Below, in pieces: positions 1 to 9,174 of a stretch of DNA of 42,076 nt; the first letter of the stretch is position 1, and the number at the start of each line of letters is the position of its first letter. Made by a program: the position numbers and the translations under genes. Below the pieces are notes generated by a model that searched no databases, had not been told where the DNA came from, and worked only from the letters and a program-made list of their open reading frames with translations. This DNA is from Opitutia bacterium UBA1116 (GTDB taxonomy: Bacteria > Verrucomicrobiota > Verrucomicrobiia > Opitutales > UBA1977), in NCBI GenBank assembly GCA_002313355.1, contig DCBD01000111.1, positions 1 through 42,076 on the forward strand, read 5' to 3'.

Positions 1-768
1 GGCAAACCTTCATTGCAAGGATGGTCTAACCTAGACACGCTATTTACAGACATGGAGACGGCCGGCATCGGGAAAGTCGTCTTTCAAGGTTGGTACTGGG
101 AACGCCTAGACACCTGCAACTGGCACAATGACTGGCAAGCACGCTGGGCAAAGGAACACCCAGAGAAAATCATCGCCTTGGCCTCCGTTCAGCCGCTCGC
201 TGGCAATATAGCGATCGACAGCTTAAAAAGTGCCTACGATGCCGGACTCCGTGGAATTGGTGAAGTTTTCCCGAAAGCCCAAGGGTTCTCTATGCAAGAT
301 GCCACCTGGCTTAAGATGGTTGAATGGGCCATCGAGCACACACTGCCCATCACCCTCCACGTGACAGAGCCCGTCGGCCACACTTACCCAGGCAAGGTGC
401 ATGCGCCCTTGAGTGACTACCAATGGCTTGCCGAAACCTACCCAGAGGCAACGCTCATCTTTGCGCACTGGGGCGGACTACTTCCCTTTTATGAACTGAA
501 CCATGCATGCCATAAGGCTTTTAAAAATGTCTACTACGACACAGCAGCAAGCCCGCTTCTTTACGAGCCACAAATCTATCAGGCTGTTGTCGATGCGGTA
601 GGTGCAGACAAAGTGCTTTTTGGTTCGGACTATCCCCTTCGCCTCTATCCTCAGGAACAAAGTAGGCCGGACTTCACAAGCATCCTTGAGGAAATTGAAA
701 CAAGCCCCCTGAGCGAAGCCAACAAAAGGAAAATCCTCTTTGAAAACGCAGCGCGCATATTCAAATAA
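1..768 (+). CDS. Amidohydrolase-2 type (TIM-barrel, metal-dependent) hydrolase, 5' end cut by the window edge
   Basis: The frame is open from nt 1, and the track start at 13 is only a TTG. Motifs HVTEPVGH, FAHWGG and LFGSDYP resemble PF04909-type amidohydrolases. The N-terminal HxH metal motif is absent, which fits truncation. Confidence 0.7.
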   Translation, partial: GKPSLQGWSNLDTLFTDMETAGIGKVVFQGWYWERLDTCNWHNDWQARWAKEHPEKIIALASVQPLAGNIAIDSLKSAYDAGLRGIGEVFPKAQGFSMQDATWLKMVEWAIEHTLPITLHVTEPVGHTYPGKVHAPLSDYQWLAETYPEATLIFAHWGGLLPFYELNHACHKAFKNVYYDTAASPLLYEPQIYQAVVDAVGADKVLFGSDYPLRLYPQEQSRPDFTSILEEIETSPLSEANKRKILFENAARIFK

Positions 769-1597
769 ACAATGGAGCGACGCCGTACCTTTTTGGGCAC
801 TCCCCAATGCACTCTCCATCGACACAGCGCTGATTGCATACCTCTGGCAAAGACTTTTGAGCAAAACCCTGGAGAATCCCTTATCCTCAAGTCAGATCTG
901 GGTGCTCATGCTCTCGACCTGGCTTGTCTACACAGGAGACCGCTGGCTGGATGCTAGGCACTTGAAGCTTAAAACAGTCAGCAGCTACCGCCATGCCCTC
1001 TGTCTTCGATTTCGCAAAGCCTACCTATGGACTTGGTGTTGCCTGCTCATTGTAAATGTTGGCATCGCTCTATGCTGCCTCTCTAAACGGGATCTGCTCA
1101 TGGGAACAGCGCTGCTGATACTGTGCATCGGATACACCAGCTGGACTCAATTCACGCACACTATGCAGGGTTATTTCAAAGAATGGAGTGTATCGATTAT
1201 TTTTGCGTTGGGCATCTTTATCTTTGTATGCACCCCTAATAGCCCCCGCACGCTCAGCGGCATTCTCTTTGTCTTGCTCACACTCATCTTTTGGTCGAAC
1301 GCTACCCTGCTTGCCCATTGGGAACGCCCTATAGATGCTAGCCATGCCCATGGATCTCTGGCACACACGGCTCCCAGGCTAACCGCATGCAGCCACTTAG
1401 TAGCTCTTGGAACAAGCCTAATGAGCCTGACACTTGTCCCATTCATACCCGAAGCTCGAACTTTTCTGCTCGCACTGGCATTGTCAGGCTTAGGACTCTT
1501 TTGCATTCAATGCGCATCGAAAGATAGTGACCATAGAGAACTTCACCGTTGCCTTGCCGATGCTGCACTCCTCAGCCCCTGTTTAGGATTTCTTTAA
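740..1597 (+). CDS. Polytopic integral membrane protein, possibly of the UbiA-like prenyltransferase superfamily
   Basis: The 285-aa product has about 8 hydrophobic segments. A DxxxD-like motif (YTGDRWLDARH) sits near residue 66, where UbiA enzymes carry their first Asp-rich motif. The second motif is not convincing. The start is uncertain and overlaps the upstream gene by 29 nt. Confidence 0.35.
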   Translation: MKTQRAYSNKQWSDAVPFWALPNALSIDTALIAYLWQRLLSKTLENPLSSSQIWVLMLSTWLVYTGDRWLDARHLKLKTVSSYRHALCLRFRKAYLWTWCCLLIVNVGIALCCLSKRDLLMGTALLILCIGYTSWTQFTHTMQGYFKEWSVSIIFALGIFIFVCTPNSPRTLSGILFVLLTLIFWSNATLLAHWERPIDASHAHGSLAHTAPRLTACSHLVALGTSLMSLTLVPFIPEARTFLLALALSGLGLFCIQCASKDSDHRELHRCLADAALLSPCLGFL

Positions 1598-2931
1598 ACC
1601 TGACCTGCCTTGCGCCAGCGGTAGAGCGTCGTCGGGTGGACGCCTACCTGGGCTGCTACCCAAGCCAAATCTTCGCCATGCTCTGCCAAAAGCTGCTTGG
1701 CCAAAGCCTGCTTACCCTTCCGAGTGGGAAAGACCTGAGGACTTGCAGCGCCCCCCTTTTTTTCAAGTGAAGAGAGCCCTGAGCCAATAGGGTGCGTTTG
1801 CTCAGGAACGTCCCACCAGTCTGCACGCATGATGGGCCCATCATAGTGGATGGCAAGGCGCTCTATGACTTGCTTGAGCTCGCGCACATTACCAGGCCAA
1901 TCGTAGAGTTTAAATTTGTAGATAAGTTGGGGATCAAACTGATCGAAGTGCTTTCCCATGCGCTCGGCAGCACCCTCTAAAAAGAAATGCGCAAGGTCGG
2001 GAATGTCATCCAGACGCTGGCGCAGAGGGGGAGCCTGGAGCACAATCTCTGAAAGACGGTAGTAAAGATCCATGCGAAAACGCCCCTCTTCAGCGGCAAT
2101 TTTAAGATTGCGATTAGTCGCTGAGATAACGCGTACGTTGCACGTGTACTCTTTAGTGCTTCCTACGCGGCGCGCTACCCGCGTTTCTAAGAAGCGCAAA
2201 AGCTTGGGTTGGAGACTCATACTCATCTCTCCAATCTCGTCTAAAAAGAGTGTGCCCCCAGAGGCTTCTTCGACAAGGCCCGCTTTCGCGCGATCGGCCC
2301 CCGTATAAGCGCCTTTTTCCGCACCGAAAAACTCGGACTCCAGCAGGTCTGCAGGAATGGCTGCGCAATTAACCGGGACAAATGGCTCACGCCCCGAGGC
2401 TGCGTGGATCGCTTCTGCTATGCGTTCTTTGCCTGTTCCCGACTCGCCCGTCACGAGGACGGCAGCATCCGTTGGCCCAATGCGTTTGATCGAATCCCGG
2501 ATAGCCTGCATGGCATGGGAGCGGCCGATTAAATTTTGCCATTGGCGGCGGATTTGCTGACCACCGTACAGTTGACACCAAAGCTTTTGGGCCTCAATCG
2601 ACGCTTCGAGAGCACTTTCCCAGCGGTCGTCACCATCCTCTTCGTTGAGGACATCATAAGCACCATCGTGAGCGGCTTTCATAATCTCGCGTGACTGAAG
2701 CCCCGACCCAAAAACAATGTAATAACGGCCAGACTGGGCTAACTTCACCCTCATATCCGACCAACCCTTGACATCAAGCTCTGAAAAAGGAACTAAATAG
2801 ACAAGATCTGCAGAATGGCGCCCCAGGGCCTGCACGGATGTTACATCTTCAAGCTGAATCGTTGCTTGAAGCGCTTGTAGACGCTTTAAGATAGGTGCTG
2901 GGGGCTTTGGGGTAAGGAGGGCTACTTTCAT
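1594..2931 (-). CDS. Sigma-54-dependent Fis-family transcriptional activator (NtrC-like bEBP) with a degenerate N-terminal receiver-like domain
   Basis: The AAA+ core shows Walker A GESGTGKE, Walker B LFLDEIGE, a sigma-54 contact loop ESEFFGAEKGAYTGA, and WPGNVRELK. The C-terminal HTH reads GVHPTTLYRWRK. The N-terminal ~120 aa looks CheY-like but lacks the acidic pocket. Confidence 0.9.
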   Translation of the reverse strand: MKVALLTPKPPAPILKRLQALQATIQLEDVTSVQALGRHSADLVYLVPFSELDVKGWSDMRVKLAQSGRYYIVFGSGLQSREIMKAAHDGAYDVLNEEDGDDRWESALEASIEAQKLWCQLYGGQQIRRQWQNLIGRSHAMQAIRDSIKRIGPTDAAVLVTGESGTGKERIAEAIHAASGREPFVPVNCAAIPADLLESEFFGAEKGAYTGADRAKAGLVEEASGGTLFLDEIGEMSMSLQPKLLRFLETRVARRVGSTKEYTCNVRVISATNRNLKIAAEEGRFRMDLYYRLSEIVLQAPPLRQRLDDIPDLAHFFLEGAAERMGKHFDQFDPQLIYKFKLYDWPGNVRELKQVIERLAIHYDGPIMRADWWDVPEQTHPIGSGLSSLEKKGGAASPQVFPTRKGKQALAKQLLAEHGEDLAWVAAQVGVHPTTLYRWRKAGQV

Positions 2932-3006
2932 CGGCGCAATGCAAGTAAAACAGAGCCTTTACCCTAGAGATCAAGCCCTTGCAACGCAACTTATTTTACA
3001 GACTGA

Positions 3007-4530
3007 CTAGTAAGACTTTGCAAAAATCACCCGCCTGGGGCTTGGCTTACCCGTAAAGGGACAGATGCCTGAAGCTTCCTCGCCCTGAAGCGGTATGCAA
3101 CGCACGGTGACCTTAAGGTCTTTTTTGAGCCGCTCTTCGACCTCTGGGTCATAGGCCCAGTGCGTGAGCGCAAACCCGCCGTGTAAAGCACTGACATCGT
3201 CTTCCTTTTGGGAAAAGAATTGATAAAAGTCATCCCGTGTGTCGATTTTGACCGTATGAGCCTCACGAAAAGCTTGAGCCTCTTTATAAAGGTTGGACTG
3301 CATTTCATCGAGAACCTCGTGAAGGGTGCTGACAAAAAGATCTCGCGATTGGCTGGCACGTTCTTTAGGGCCCTTATCGCGACGACCAACGTAAAGGGCA
3401 TTTTCAGCAACTTCACGGGGGCCGACTTCAACATAGAGCGGGACGCCTTTTTTAATCCATTGCCACATCTTTTCACCCCCGCGCAAATCACGTGCATCGA
3501 CCTCAACCTCGATACGGCGGCCGTGATAAGTCTGCTCGCCGAGTTCTTGCTTTAAGCTATGGCAATAGTCGAGGATCTCGTTTTCATCAGCCTCTTTGTG
3601 CAAGACAGGCAAGAGTACGACATGTGTGGGTGCAAGACGTGGAGGCATCCGAAGCCCATCGTCGTCCCCATGGACCATCACAAGGGCTCCGATTAAGCGG
3701 GTTGTAATGCCCCAAGACGTTGTCCAAGCGTAGGCCTTATTGCCTTCTCGATCTAAAAACTGAATATCACTGGCTTTCGAAAAATGTTGGCCAAGAAAAT
3801 GCGACGTCCCAGCTTGGAGCGCTTTACAGTCCTGCATTAAAGCCTCGATCGTATAGGTTGAAACAGCGCCCGGAAAGCGTTCGCTCTCGGTCTTTTCTCC
3901 CTTAATGACAGGAACAGCCATGTAGTTCTCAACAAAGTCAGCATAGACATCGAGCATCTTGAGTGTTTCTTCGACGGCCTCGTCTTCAGTCGCATGAACC
4001 GTATGCCCTTCTTGCCATAAAAACTCTGTCGTCCTTAAGAACATACGCGTGCGCATTTCCCAGCGGACGACATTGGCCCACTGATTGATAAGAAGGGGCA
4101 AATCGCGATAAGACTGGACCCAGCGTGAATACATCTCGCCAATGATAGTCTCCGAAGTGGGTCTGACGATAAGCGGCTCCTCCAGGGGTGATGCAGGAAC
4201 GAGCTCTCCATCAGGGCCTGCTTCAAGCCGTGAATGGGTAACGACAGCGCACTCCTTGGCAAAGCCATCGACATGTTTGGCTTCTTTTTCTAAAAAGCTT
4301 TTGGGAATAAACAGGGGGAAATAGGCATTTTTGTGGCCCGTTGCCTTTATCATCCCATCGAGGCCTGCCTGCATGTTTTCCCAAAGCGCGTACCCCCAAG
4401 GCTTAATGACCATGCACCCGCGCACAGGGCTCAGCTCGGCCAAATCTGCAGCACGAACGACTTGCTGATACCACTCAGGGTAATCTTCGGTGCGTCTAGG
4501 GGAAATCGCGTTTTTCTTTTTGCCTGACAT
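3007..4530 (-). CDS. proS: Proline--tRNA ligase, archaeal/eukaryote-like type
   Basis: The 507-aa product has class II aaRS motifs (FLRTTEFLWQEGHT, GTSHFLGQHFS) and no bacterial INS editing domain. The C-terminal ProRS domain ends in a terminal Tyr (FAKSY), typical of this ProRS type. Confidence 0.92.
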   Translation of the reverse strand: MSGKKKNAISPRRTEDYPEWYQQVVRAADLAELSPVRGCMVIKPWGYALWENMQAGLDGMIKATGHKNAYFPLFIPKSFLEKEAKHVDGFAKECAVVTHSRLEAGPDGELVPASPLEEPLIVRPTSETIIGEMYSRWVQSYRDLPLLINQWANVVRWEMRTRMFLRTTEFLWQEGHTVHATEDEAVEETLKMLDVYADFVENYMAVPVIKGEKTESERFPGAVSTYTIEALMQDCKALQAGTSHFLGQHFSKASDIQFLDREGNKAYAWTTSWGITTRLIGALVMVHGDDDGLRMPPRLAPTHVVLLPVLHKEADENEILDYCHSLKQELGEQTYHGRRIEVEVDARDLRGGEKMWQWIKKGVPLYVEVGPREVAENALYVGRRDKGPKERASQSRDLFVSTLHEVLDEMQSNLYKEAQAFREAHTVKIDTRDDFYQFFSQKEDDVSALHGGFALTHWAYDPEVEERLKKDLKVTVRCIPLQGEEASGICPFTGKPSPRRVIFAKSY

Positions 4531-4539
4531 GGTCTTGAT

Positions 4540-5151
4540 GTGATAAATTCAAGCCCCACAAAGACAAGCGCAAAAAGTCACCGATCACCGATGCTGCACC
4601 TCCCTAGCACCTGCCCTGAGCTCAAAACCAAGCGCCTCTTGCTACGGCCTTTCGTCCTAGAGGACGCTCCACGCGTTACCGAAATTGCTCAGGATAGGGA
4701 AGTTGCCGATACAACACAGTCCATCCCGCACCCCTACACGATTGAAGATGCCCGCAACTGGATACTCCCCCAATATCGGGATACTCAAGAAGGGCGACTC
4801 TACACTTGGGCCATCACCCTTCAATCGAGCCAGGAAATTATCGGAGCTACCAATCTAGAGATCCACGCACAGTACCGATGGGCAGACCTCGGCTACTGGC
4901 TGGGGAAAAATTATTGGGGACAAGGCTACGCGACAGAGTCTGCACGATGCCTCTTAGAGTACAGCTTTAAGGTCCTGCAGGTACACCGTGTCCAGGCCTA
5001 CCACATGAGCCGAAATGCTCCCTCGGGACGGGTCTTACAAAAACTCAATATGCGCTACGAGGGGACACGCCGCCAGGCAATGATCAAATGGGGTATTTTC
5101 GAAGATCTTGACTACTACGCCATTTTACGCGACAAATATCTGAGACACTAA
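4540..5151 (+). CDS. GNAT family N-acetyltransferase (RimJ/RimL-like)
   Basis: The KTKRLLLRPF opening and GYWLGKNYWGQGYATE acetyl-CoA-binding segment are typical of RimJ/RimL-type GNATs. The ATG at 4591 (MLHLPST...) is a likelier start, because 4540 lies only 10 nt from the divergent proS start. Confidence 0.8.
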   Translation: MINSSPTKTSAKSHRSPMLHLPSTCPELKTKRLLLRPFVLEDAPRVTEIAQDREVADTTQSIPHPYTIEDARNWILPQYRDTQEGRLYTWAITLQSSQEIIGATNLEIHAQYRWADLGYWLGKNYWGQGYATESARCLLEYSFKVLQVHRVQAYHMSRNAPSGRVLQKLNMRYEGTRRQAMIKWGIFEDLDYYAILRDKYLRH

Positions 5152-5251
5152 GCCTCCCTCAGCGCACTTTCGCCTCGCCTCCCCACAGGACCATTACTAG
5201 GCATCTTAGATACTTAGACGTCTTGTTTATTCTCAAAATCTATGCAGCACG

Positions 5252-5737
5252 ATGCAAGAAACTTCGTTTGACCAACTCCCTGAAGAGGGCAAAAGCCTCC
5301 TACAAGCAGCCTCTGATGCCAAAGAACATGCCTATAATCCTTACTCAGGGTTTTATGTCGGCACGGCTCTACTCACCCTAGACAACGAGATCATCACTGG
5401 CTGCAACACAGAAAACGCCTCTTACGGCTGCACAATCTGCGCCGAACGGGCTGCTTTGCTCAAAGCTAACAGCGAGGGGAAACGCCAATTCAAAGCCGCC
5501 GCGATCGTAGCTCGCGGCAAAGACTTTGACACACAAGAAGTGACAGCTCCCTGTGGTGCATGCCGCCAAATGCTTTTTGAAGCCTCGCAGCTTGGCAATG
5601 GGGATCTCATCCTTTATCTCGCTACGACAACATTCGACAAAGTTGTCGTTACGAGCATTCAAGAGCTATTTCCCCTCGGCTTCGGCCCGAAAGATCTTGG
5701 GGTTGATGTCCGCCCTTACATCAAAACATCTCAGTAA
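5252..5737 (+). CDS. cdd: Cytidine deaminase (homotetrameric zinc type)
   Basis: Zinc and catalytic motifs CAERAA and PCGACRQ are present at the usual spacing. Size is 161 aa. Confidence 0.9.
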   Translation: MQETSFDQLPEEGKSLLQAASDAKEHAYNPYSGFYVGTALLTLDNEIITGCNTENASYGCTICAERAALLKANSEGKRQFKAAAIVARGKDFDTQEVTAPCGACRQMLFEASQLGNGDLILYLATTTFDKVVVTSIQELFPLGFGPKDLGVDVRPYIKTSQ

Positions 5738-5744
5738 TCAACAA

Positions 5745-6410
5745 ATGAAACGGACTCTGCTCATCCTTCAAGGGTTGATTGCGGCGATAATCGGCATAGG
5801 GGCCTTTTGTGGCCTTTGGCGCTCAGGCTTTGACCTTGAAGCGCTCCTTGGCCATGCACAAGAAACACCCCCCTATCTCTTCTTTCTCGTCATGGCGATA
5901 CTCCCACTTGTTGGCTTTCCGGTCTCGCTCCTCTACCTCTATGCAGGGATCGCCTTTACCCCTCCCTTTGCATTTGTGCTCACCATGGTAGGGGTTGCCG
6001 GCAATCTGCTCCTTAGCTTTGCCCTCACACACTCGATCCTCCATGCACCCCTAGAGGCATGCGCCCAAAGCCTCGGTTACAAGCTACCCAAGATTCCCCA
6101 ACACCACTACTGGAAGGCCACTTTTTTGATTCGCCTCCTCCCTGCAACGCCCTTTTTCATTCAAAATTACCTCTTAGCACTCACTCACCTTCCTCTAAAG
6201 CTCTTCTTTTGGCCAGCACTCGCCATACAGGCCGGCTTTGCTGCAGCTTTCATTTTTCTTGGAGAATCCTTTGCTCGCGAGAATCTCAGTTACGTTCTCA
6301 CGGCATTTGTCGGGATTTTCATCATTATGCTCAGCCTACAAGCCCTCCGGCATAAAAGGAAATCCCGCATGCCAGGCAACAATAATGGTTCTCAAGTAGA
6401 TAACCAATAA
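5745..6410 (+). CDS. TVP38/TMEM64 (DedA/VTT-domain related) membrane protein
   Basis: I trimmed the track ORF (5553) to the ATG at 5745 (MKRTLLILQG), just past the cdd stop. The product is a multi-pass membrane protein with the family-typical LRLLPATPFFIQNY segment. Confidence 0.7.
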   Translation: MKRTLLILQGLIAAIIGIGAFCGLWRSGFDLEALLGHAQETPPYLFFLVMAILPLVGFPVSLLYLYAGIAFTPPFAFVLTMVGVAGNLLLSFALTHSILHAPLEACAQSLGYKLPKIPQHHYWKATFLIRLLPATPFFIQNYLLALTHLPLKLFFWPALAIQAGFAAAFIFLGESFARENLSYVLTAFVGIFIIMLSLQALRHKRKSRMPGNNNGSQVDNQ

Positions 6411-6473
6411 CAACCTAGGGAAATAGGCCCAAAAAATATGGCCGAAGAATGGATTTATTTTGTAATTTCGGCT

Positions 6474-6510
6474 ATATTATTATTGAAGCTTAGAATCATT
6501 ATTATTACAA
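6474..6510. promoter_or_regulatory. Candidate Fur-box-like operator or promoter upstream of the fur-like/suf operon
   Basis: This AT-rich stretch has two ATTATTATT direct repeats (6476-6484, 6498-6506). AATCATTATT (6494-6503) matches the right half of the classical Fur box, AATCATTATC, at 9 of 10 positions. The stretch is bracketed by the inverted repeat TTGTAAT (6460-6466) / ATTACAA (6504-6510). The left half of the Fur box matches poorly. Confidence 0.3.
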
Positions 6511-6526
6511 ATCGCCTCTTCATCTG

Positions 6527-6964
6527 ATGAAACTGCCCGAAACAGCTAAAAATAGACTCGAGGACGCCCTCAAACAACTAAACTTACGCCCTACCCAACA
6601 GCGTGAGCACGTGTTTGCCGTCCTCCTCTCTGAGCGGGATCATCCCACGGCCGATGAAGTCTACGTACGCGCCAAAAAAAGCATGCCAAGCATTTCACTG
6701 GCAACCGTTTACAATTGTCTGGAGATTCTGGTTTCCTGCAAGCTGGTCAAACAGGTAAATTTTGACCGTGAGCCCACACGTTACTGCCCCAACCTCGCCG
6801 AACACGCTCATTTCCACTGTAATGACTCGCATCGTGTCTACGATGTCGACCTCCCCCAGGATCTACTTAATTCCCTAAAATCCGTTTTGCCGAAGGGCTA
6901 TGAGGCCTCCAAGGTTGAGCTCTCCTTCCACGGCACTCGCGTAGATACAACACCCAGCAAATAA
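6527..6964 (+). CDS. Fur family transcriptional regulator
   Basis: The N-terminal winged helix (LRPTQQREHVFAVLL...HPTADEVY...SLATVYNCLE) and His-rich metal site (AEHAHFHCNDSH) fit the Fur family. No CxxC pairs are present, so it lacks the structural Cys4 zinc site. Confidence 0.85.
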   Translation: MKLPETAKNRLEDALKQLNLRPTQQREHVFAVLLSERDHPTADEVYVRAKKSMPSISLATVYNCLEILVSCKLVKQVNFDREPTRYCPNLAEHAHFHCNDSHRVYDVDLPQDLLNSLKSVLPKGYEASKVELSFHGTRVDTTPSK

Positions 6965-6979
6965 ACTTTTAATCCATCT

Positions 6980-7741
6980 ATGAACGCACTGAATATCCAA
7001 GATCTCAACGTTAACATTGAAGGGAAGCCTATCTTAAAGAATTTCTCCCTGACGGTTCCCAAAGGAGAAGTTCATGCCCTCATGGGCCCCAATGGCACCG
7101 GCAAAAGCACGCTTGCAAAAGCACTCGCTGGGCATGAAGCCTACGAGATCACAGGCGGCAAAGCCCTCCTTGATGGGGCAGATCTTGTCGGCCTTGAGCC
7201 TGACGAAATCGCCCGAGCAGGGCTCTTCATGGCGTTTCAATACCCAAGCGAGATCCCTGGGGTAAGCATTGCTAACTTTATCCGTGCAGCCATCCAAGCC
7301 CGCCTGCCCGAAGGTGAAAATCTCCAAGCCACGGCTTACTATAAGGAGCTCTACGACAAAATGGACGCCTTAGCGATTGACCGCAAGTTCACAAGCCGCG
7401 CCGTCAACGAGGGCTTCTCTGGCGGCGAAAAGAAGCGCTGCGAAATTTTACAAATGATGATGCTAAAGCCCGCTTATGCCATCCTCGACGAGACGGATAG
7501 CGGCCTAGACATCGACGCCCTCAAAATCGTCTCTCAAGGTGTCAACGCAATGCGCGGGCCTGACATGGGCACTTTAATCATCACCCACTACCAACGCCTG
7601 CTCAACTACATCCAGCCCGATAAAGTCCACGTCATGTGGGACGGGCGTATCGTTCGCAGCGGCGGCAAAGAACTTGCCCTCGAGCTTGAAGAAAAAGGCT
7701 ACGACTGGGTCAAAGAGGAGCTCGCTGCAGCCACGGCCTAA
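6980..7741 (+). CDS. sufC: Fe-S cluster assembly ATPase SufC
   Basis: Walker [13 protein letters not shown] signature FSGGEKKR and Walker [11 protein letters not shown] are present. Size is 253 aa and the gene sits next to sufB and sufD. Confidence 0.95.
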   Translation: MNALNIQDLNVNIEGKPILKNFSLTVPKGEVHALMGPNGTGKSTLAKALAGHEAYEITGGKALLDGADLVGLEPDEIARAGLFMAFQYPSEIPGVSIANFIRAAIQARLPEGENLQATAYYKELYDKMDALAIDRKFTSRAVNEGFSGGEKKRCEILQMMMLKPAYAILDETDSGLDIDALKIVSQGVNAMRGPDMGTLIITHYQRLLNYIQPDKVHVMWDGRIVRSGGKELALELEEKGYDWVKEELAAATA

Positions 7742-7755
7742 GGAGAAAGCACGCC

Positions 7756-9162
7756 ATGCAAGAGAAACCATCCATCGATATCGACCGCAGCAAGGGAGAT
7801 TTCCACTACGAGACGGACTATGCCTACGACGCTGGCCTAGGCCTCTCGGAAAAAACGGTCAATTACATCGCTGATGTCAAGGAGGAGGACGACTGGATTC
7901 GCGACTTCCGCCTCAAAGCCTTACGCATATTTCAAGAGAAGCCTCTCCCAACACACTGGGCTTCCGAGGACCTTCTCTCCATTAATTTTGACAAAATCCG
8001 CTACTACCTATCCAAAGGGCAGCAGCCGAGCAGAACCTGGGAAGAAGTCCCCGATGACATCAAGAAGACCTTCGAGCGTCTTGGCATCCCCGAGCAAGAA
8101 CGTAAGTTTCTCGCTGGTGTCGAAGCACAGTTTGACAGTGAGGCAGCTTACTCCCGCATGAAAGACAACCTCGCTAAAGACGGTGTTATTTTTGTCGGCT
8201 CTACCGAGGGCCTCATGAAGCATCCTGAGATTTTCCGCAAGTTCTTTGGCAAAGTCATCCCAACTGGAGACAACAAGTTCAGCGCTCTTAACAGCGCCGT
8301 CTTCAGTGGTGGAAGCTTCATCTACATTCCCCCAGGCGTTAAAGTCAAACAACCCCTGCAGGCCTATTTCCGGATCAACGCTGAGAACTTCGGCCAGTTC
8401 GAGCGCACGCTCATCATCGCAGATGAAGGTGCCGAGGTAACTTACATGGAAGGCTGCACGGCTCCCAAGTTCGAAACCACGACCCTGCACTCAGCTGTAG
8501 TTGAGCTTGTTGCCCTCAAAGGCGCTAAAATTCAATACATCACGGTTCAAAATTGGTCTAACAATGTCTTTAACCTCGTCACAAAACGCGGTCTTGCAGA
8601 AGAGGAAGCTGAGATCCGCTGGATAGACTGCAACATAGGTTCTCGCCTCACGATGAAGTATCCAGGCGTTATCCTCAAAGGCCGCAAGGCCCGCGGCGAA
8701 GTGCTCTCGATTGCCCTCGCAGGTGACGGTCAACACCAAGACACAGGCGCCAAGATGATCCACGCTGCAGACGAAACGAGCTCCAACATCATTGCTAAAT
8801 CCATTAGCCTTGGGACGGGGCGTTCTTCTTATCGAGGGCTTGTACACATCCCCAAGCATCTCAAAAACTGCAAGAACAACACCGAGTGTGATGCATTACT
8901 CATCAACAGCAACAGCCGCACGGACACGTATCCTGCTATTGATGTTCGTGGCGAGCGCAACTCTGTCCAGCACGAGGCCAGTGTTTCCAAAGTCAGTGCT
9001 GAACAAATTTTCTACATGCAACAACGAGGCCTCTCCGAAGCTGAAGCCATGAGCCTGAGCGTCAACGGCTTCATCAATGATCTTGTCCGCGAATTCCCGA
9101 TGGAATACAGTGTTGAGCTCAAGCGCCTCATCGAGCTCGAAATGGAAGGATCCGTCGGTTAA
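7756..9162 (+). CDS. sufB: Fe-S cluster assembly scaffold SufB
   Basis: The 468-aa product shows conserved SufB segments ([37 protein letters not shown]). An AAGGAG RBS lies upstream. Confidence 0.95.
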   Translation: MQEKPSIDIDRSKGDFHYETDYAYDAGLGLSEKTVNYIADVKEEDDWIRDFRLKALRIFQEKPLPTHWASEDLLSINFDKIRYYLSKGQQPSRTWEEVPDDIKKTFERLGIPEQERKFLAGVEAQFDSEAAYSRMKDNLAKDGVIFVGSTEGLMKHPEIFRKFFGKVIPTGDNKFSALNSAVFSGGSFIYIPPGVKVKQPLQAYFRINAENFGQFERTLIIADEGAEVTYMEGCTAPKFETTTLHSAVVELVALKGAKIQYITVQNWSNNVFNLVTKRGLAEEEAEIRWIDCNIGSRLTMKYPGVILKGRKARGEVLSIALAGDGQHQDTGAKMIHAADETSSNIIAKSISLGTGRSSYRGLVHIPKHLKNCKNNTECDALLINSNSRTDTYPAIDVRGERNSVQHEASVSKVSAEQIFYMQQRGLSEAEAMSLSVNGFINDLVREFPMEYSVELKRLIELEMEGSVG

Positions 9163-9174
9163 TTTAAACTTCTC

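Noticed and set aside
3027-3506. Long alternative-frame or antisense ORFs inside well-supported genes (3027-3506 in a different frame on the same strand as proS; 8008-8490 antisense to sufB; 19234-19767 antisense to the methyltransferase; 24668-25033 antisense to the Wzy-like gene)
   Set aside because: They are shadow ORFs within genes that have strong family signatures. Their translations are compositionally odd (Arg/Ser/Cys-rich) with no recognisable motifs.
5553-5744. N-terminal extensions of track ORFs that overlap the preceding gene (5553 for the TVP38 gene, 24060 for the Wzy-like gene, 25258 for a GT4, 34872 for the aldehyde dehydrogenase, 29811 for the UPF0173 hydrolase)
   Set aside because: In each case an internal ATG lies at or just past the upstream stop, often as an ATGA overlap. 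It yields a protein that begins where the family normally begins. The extensions look like out-of-frame read-through of the neighbouring gene.
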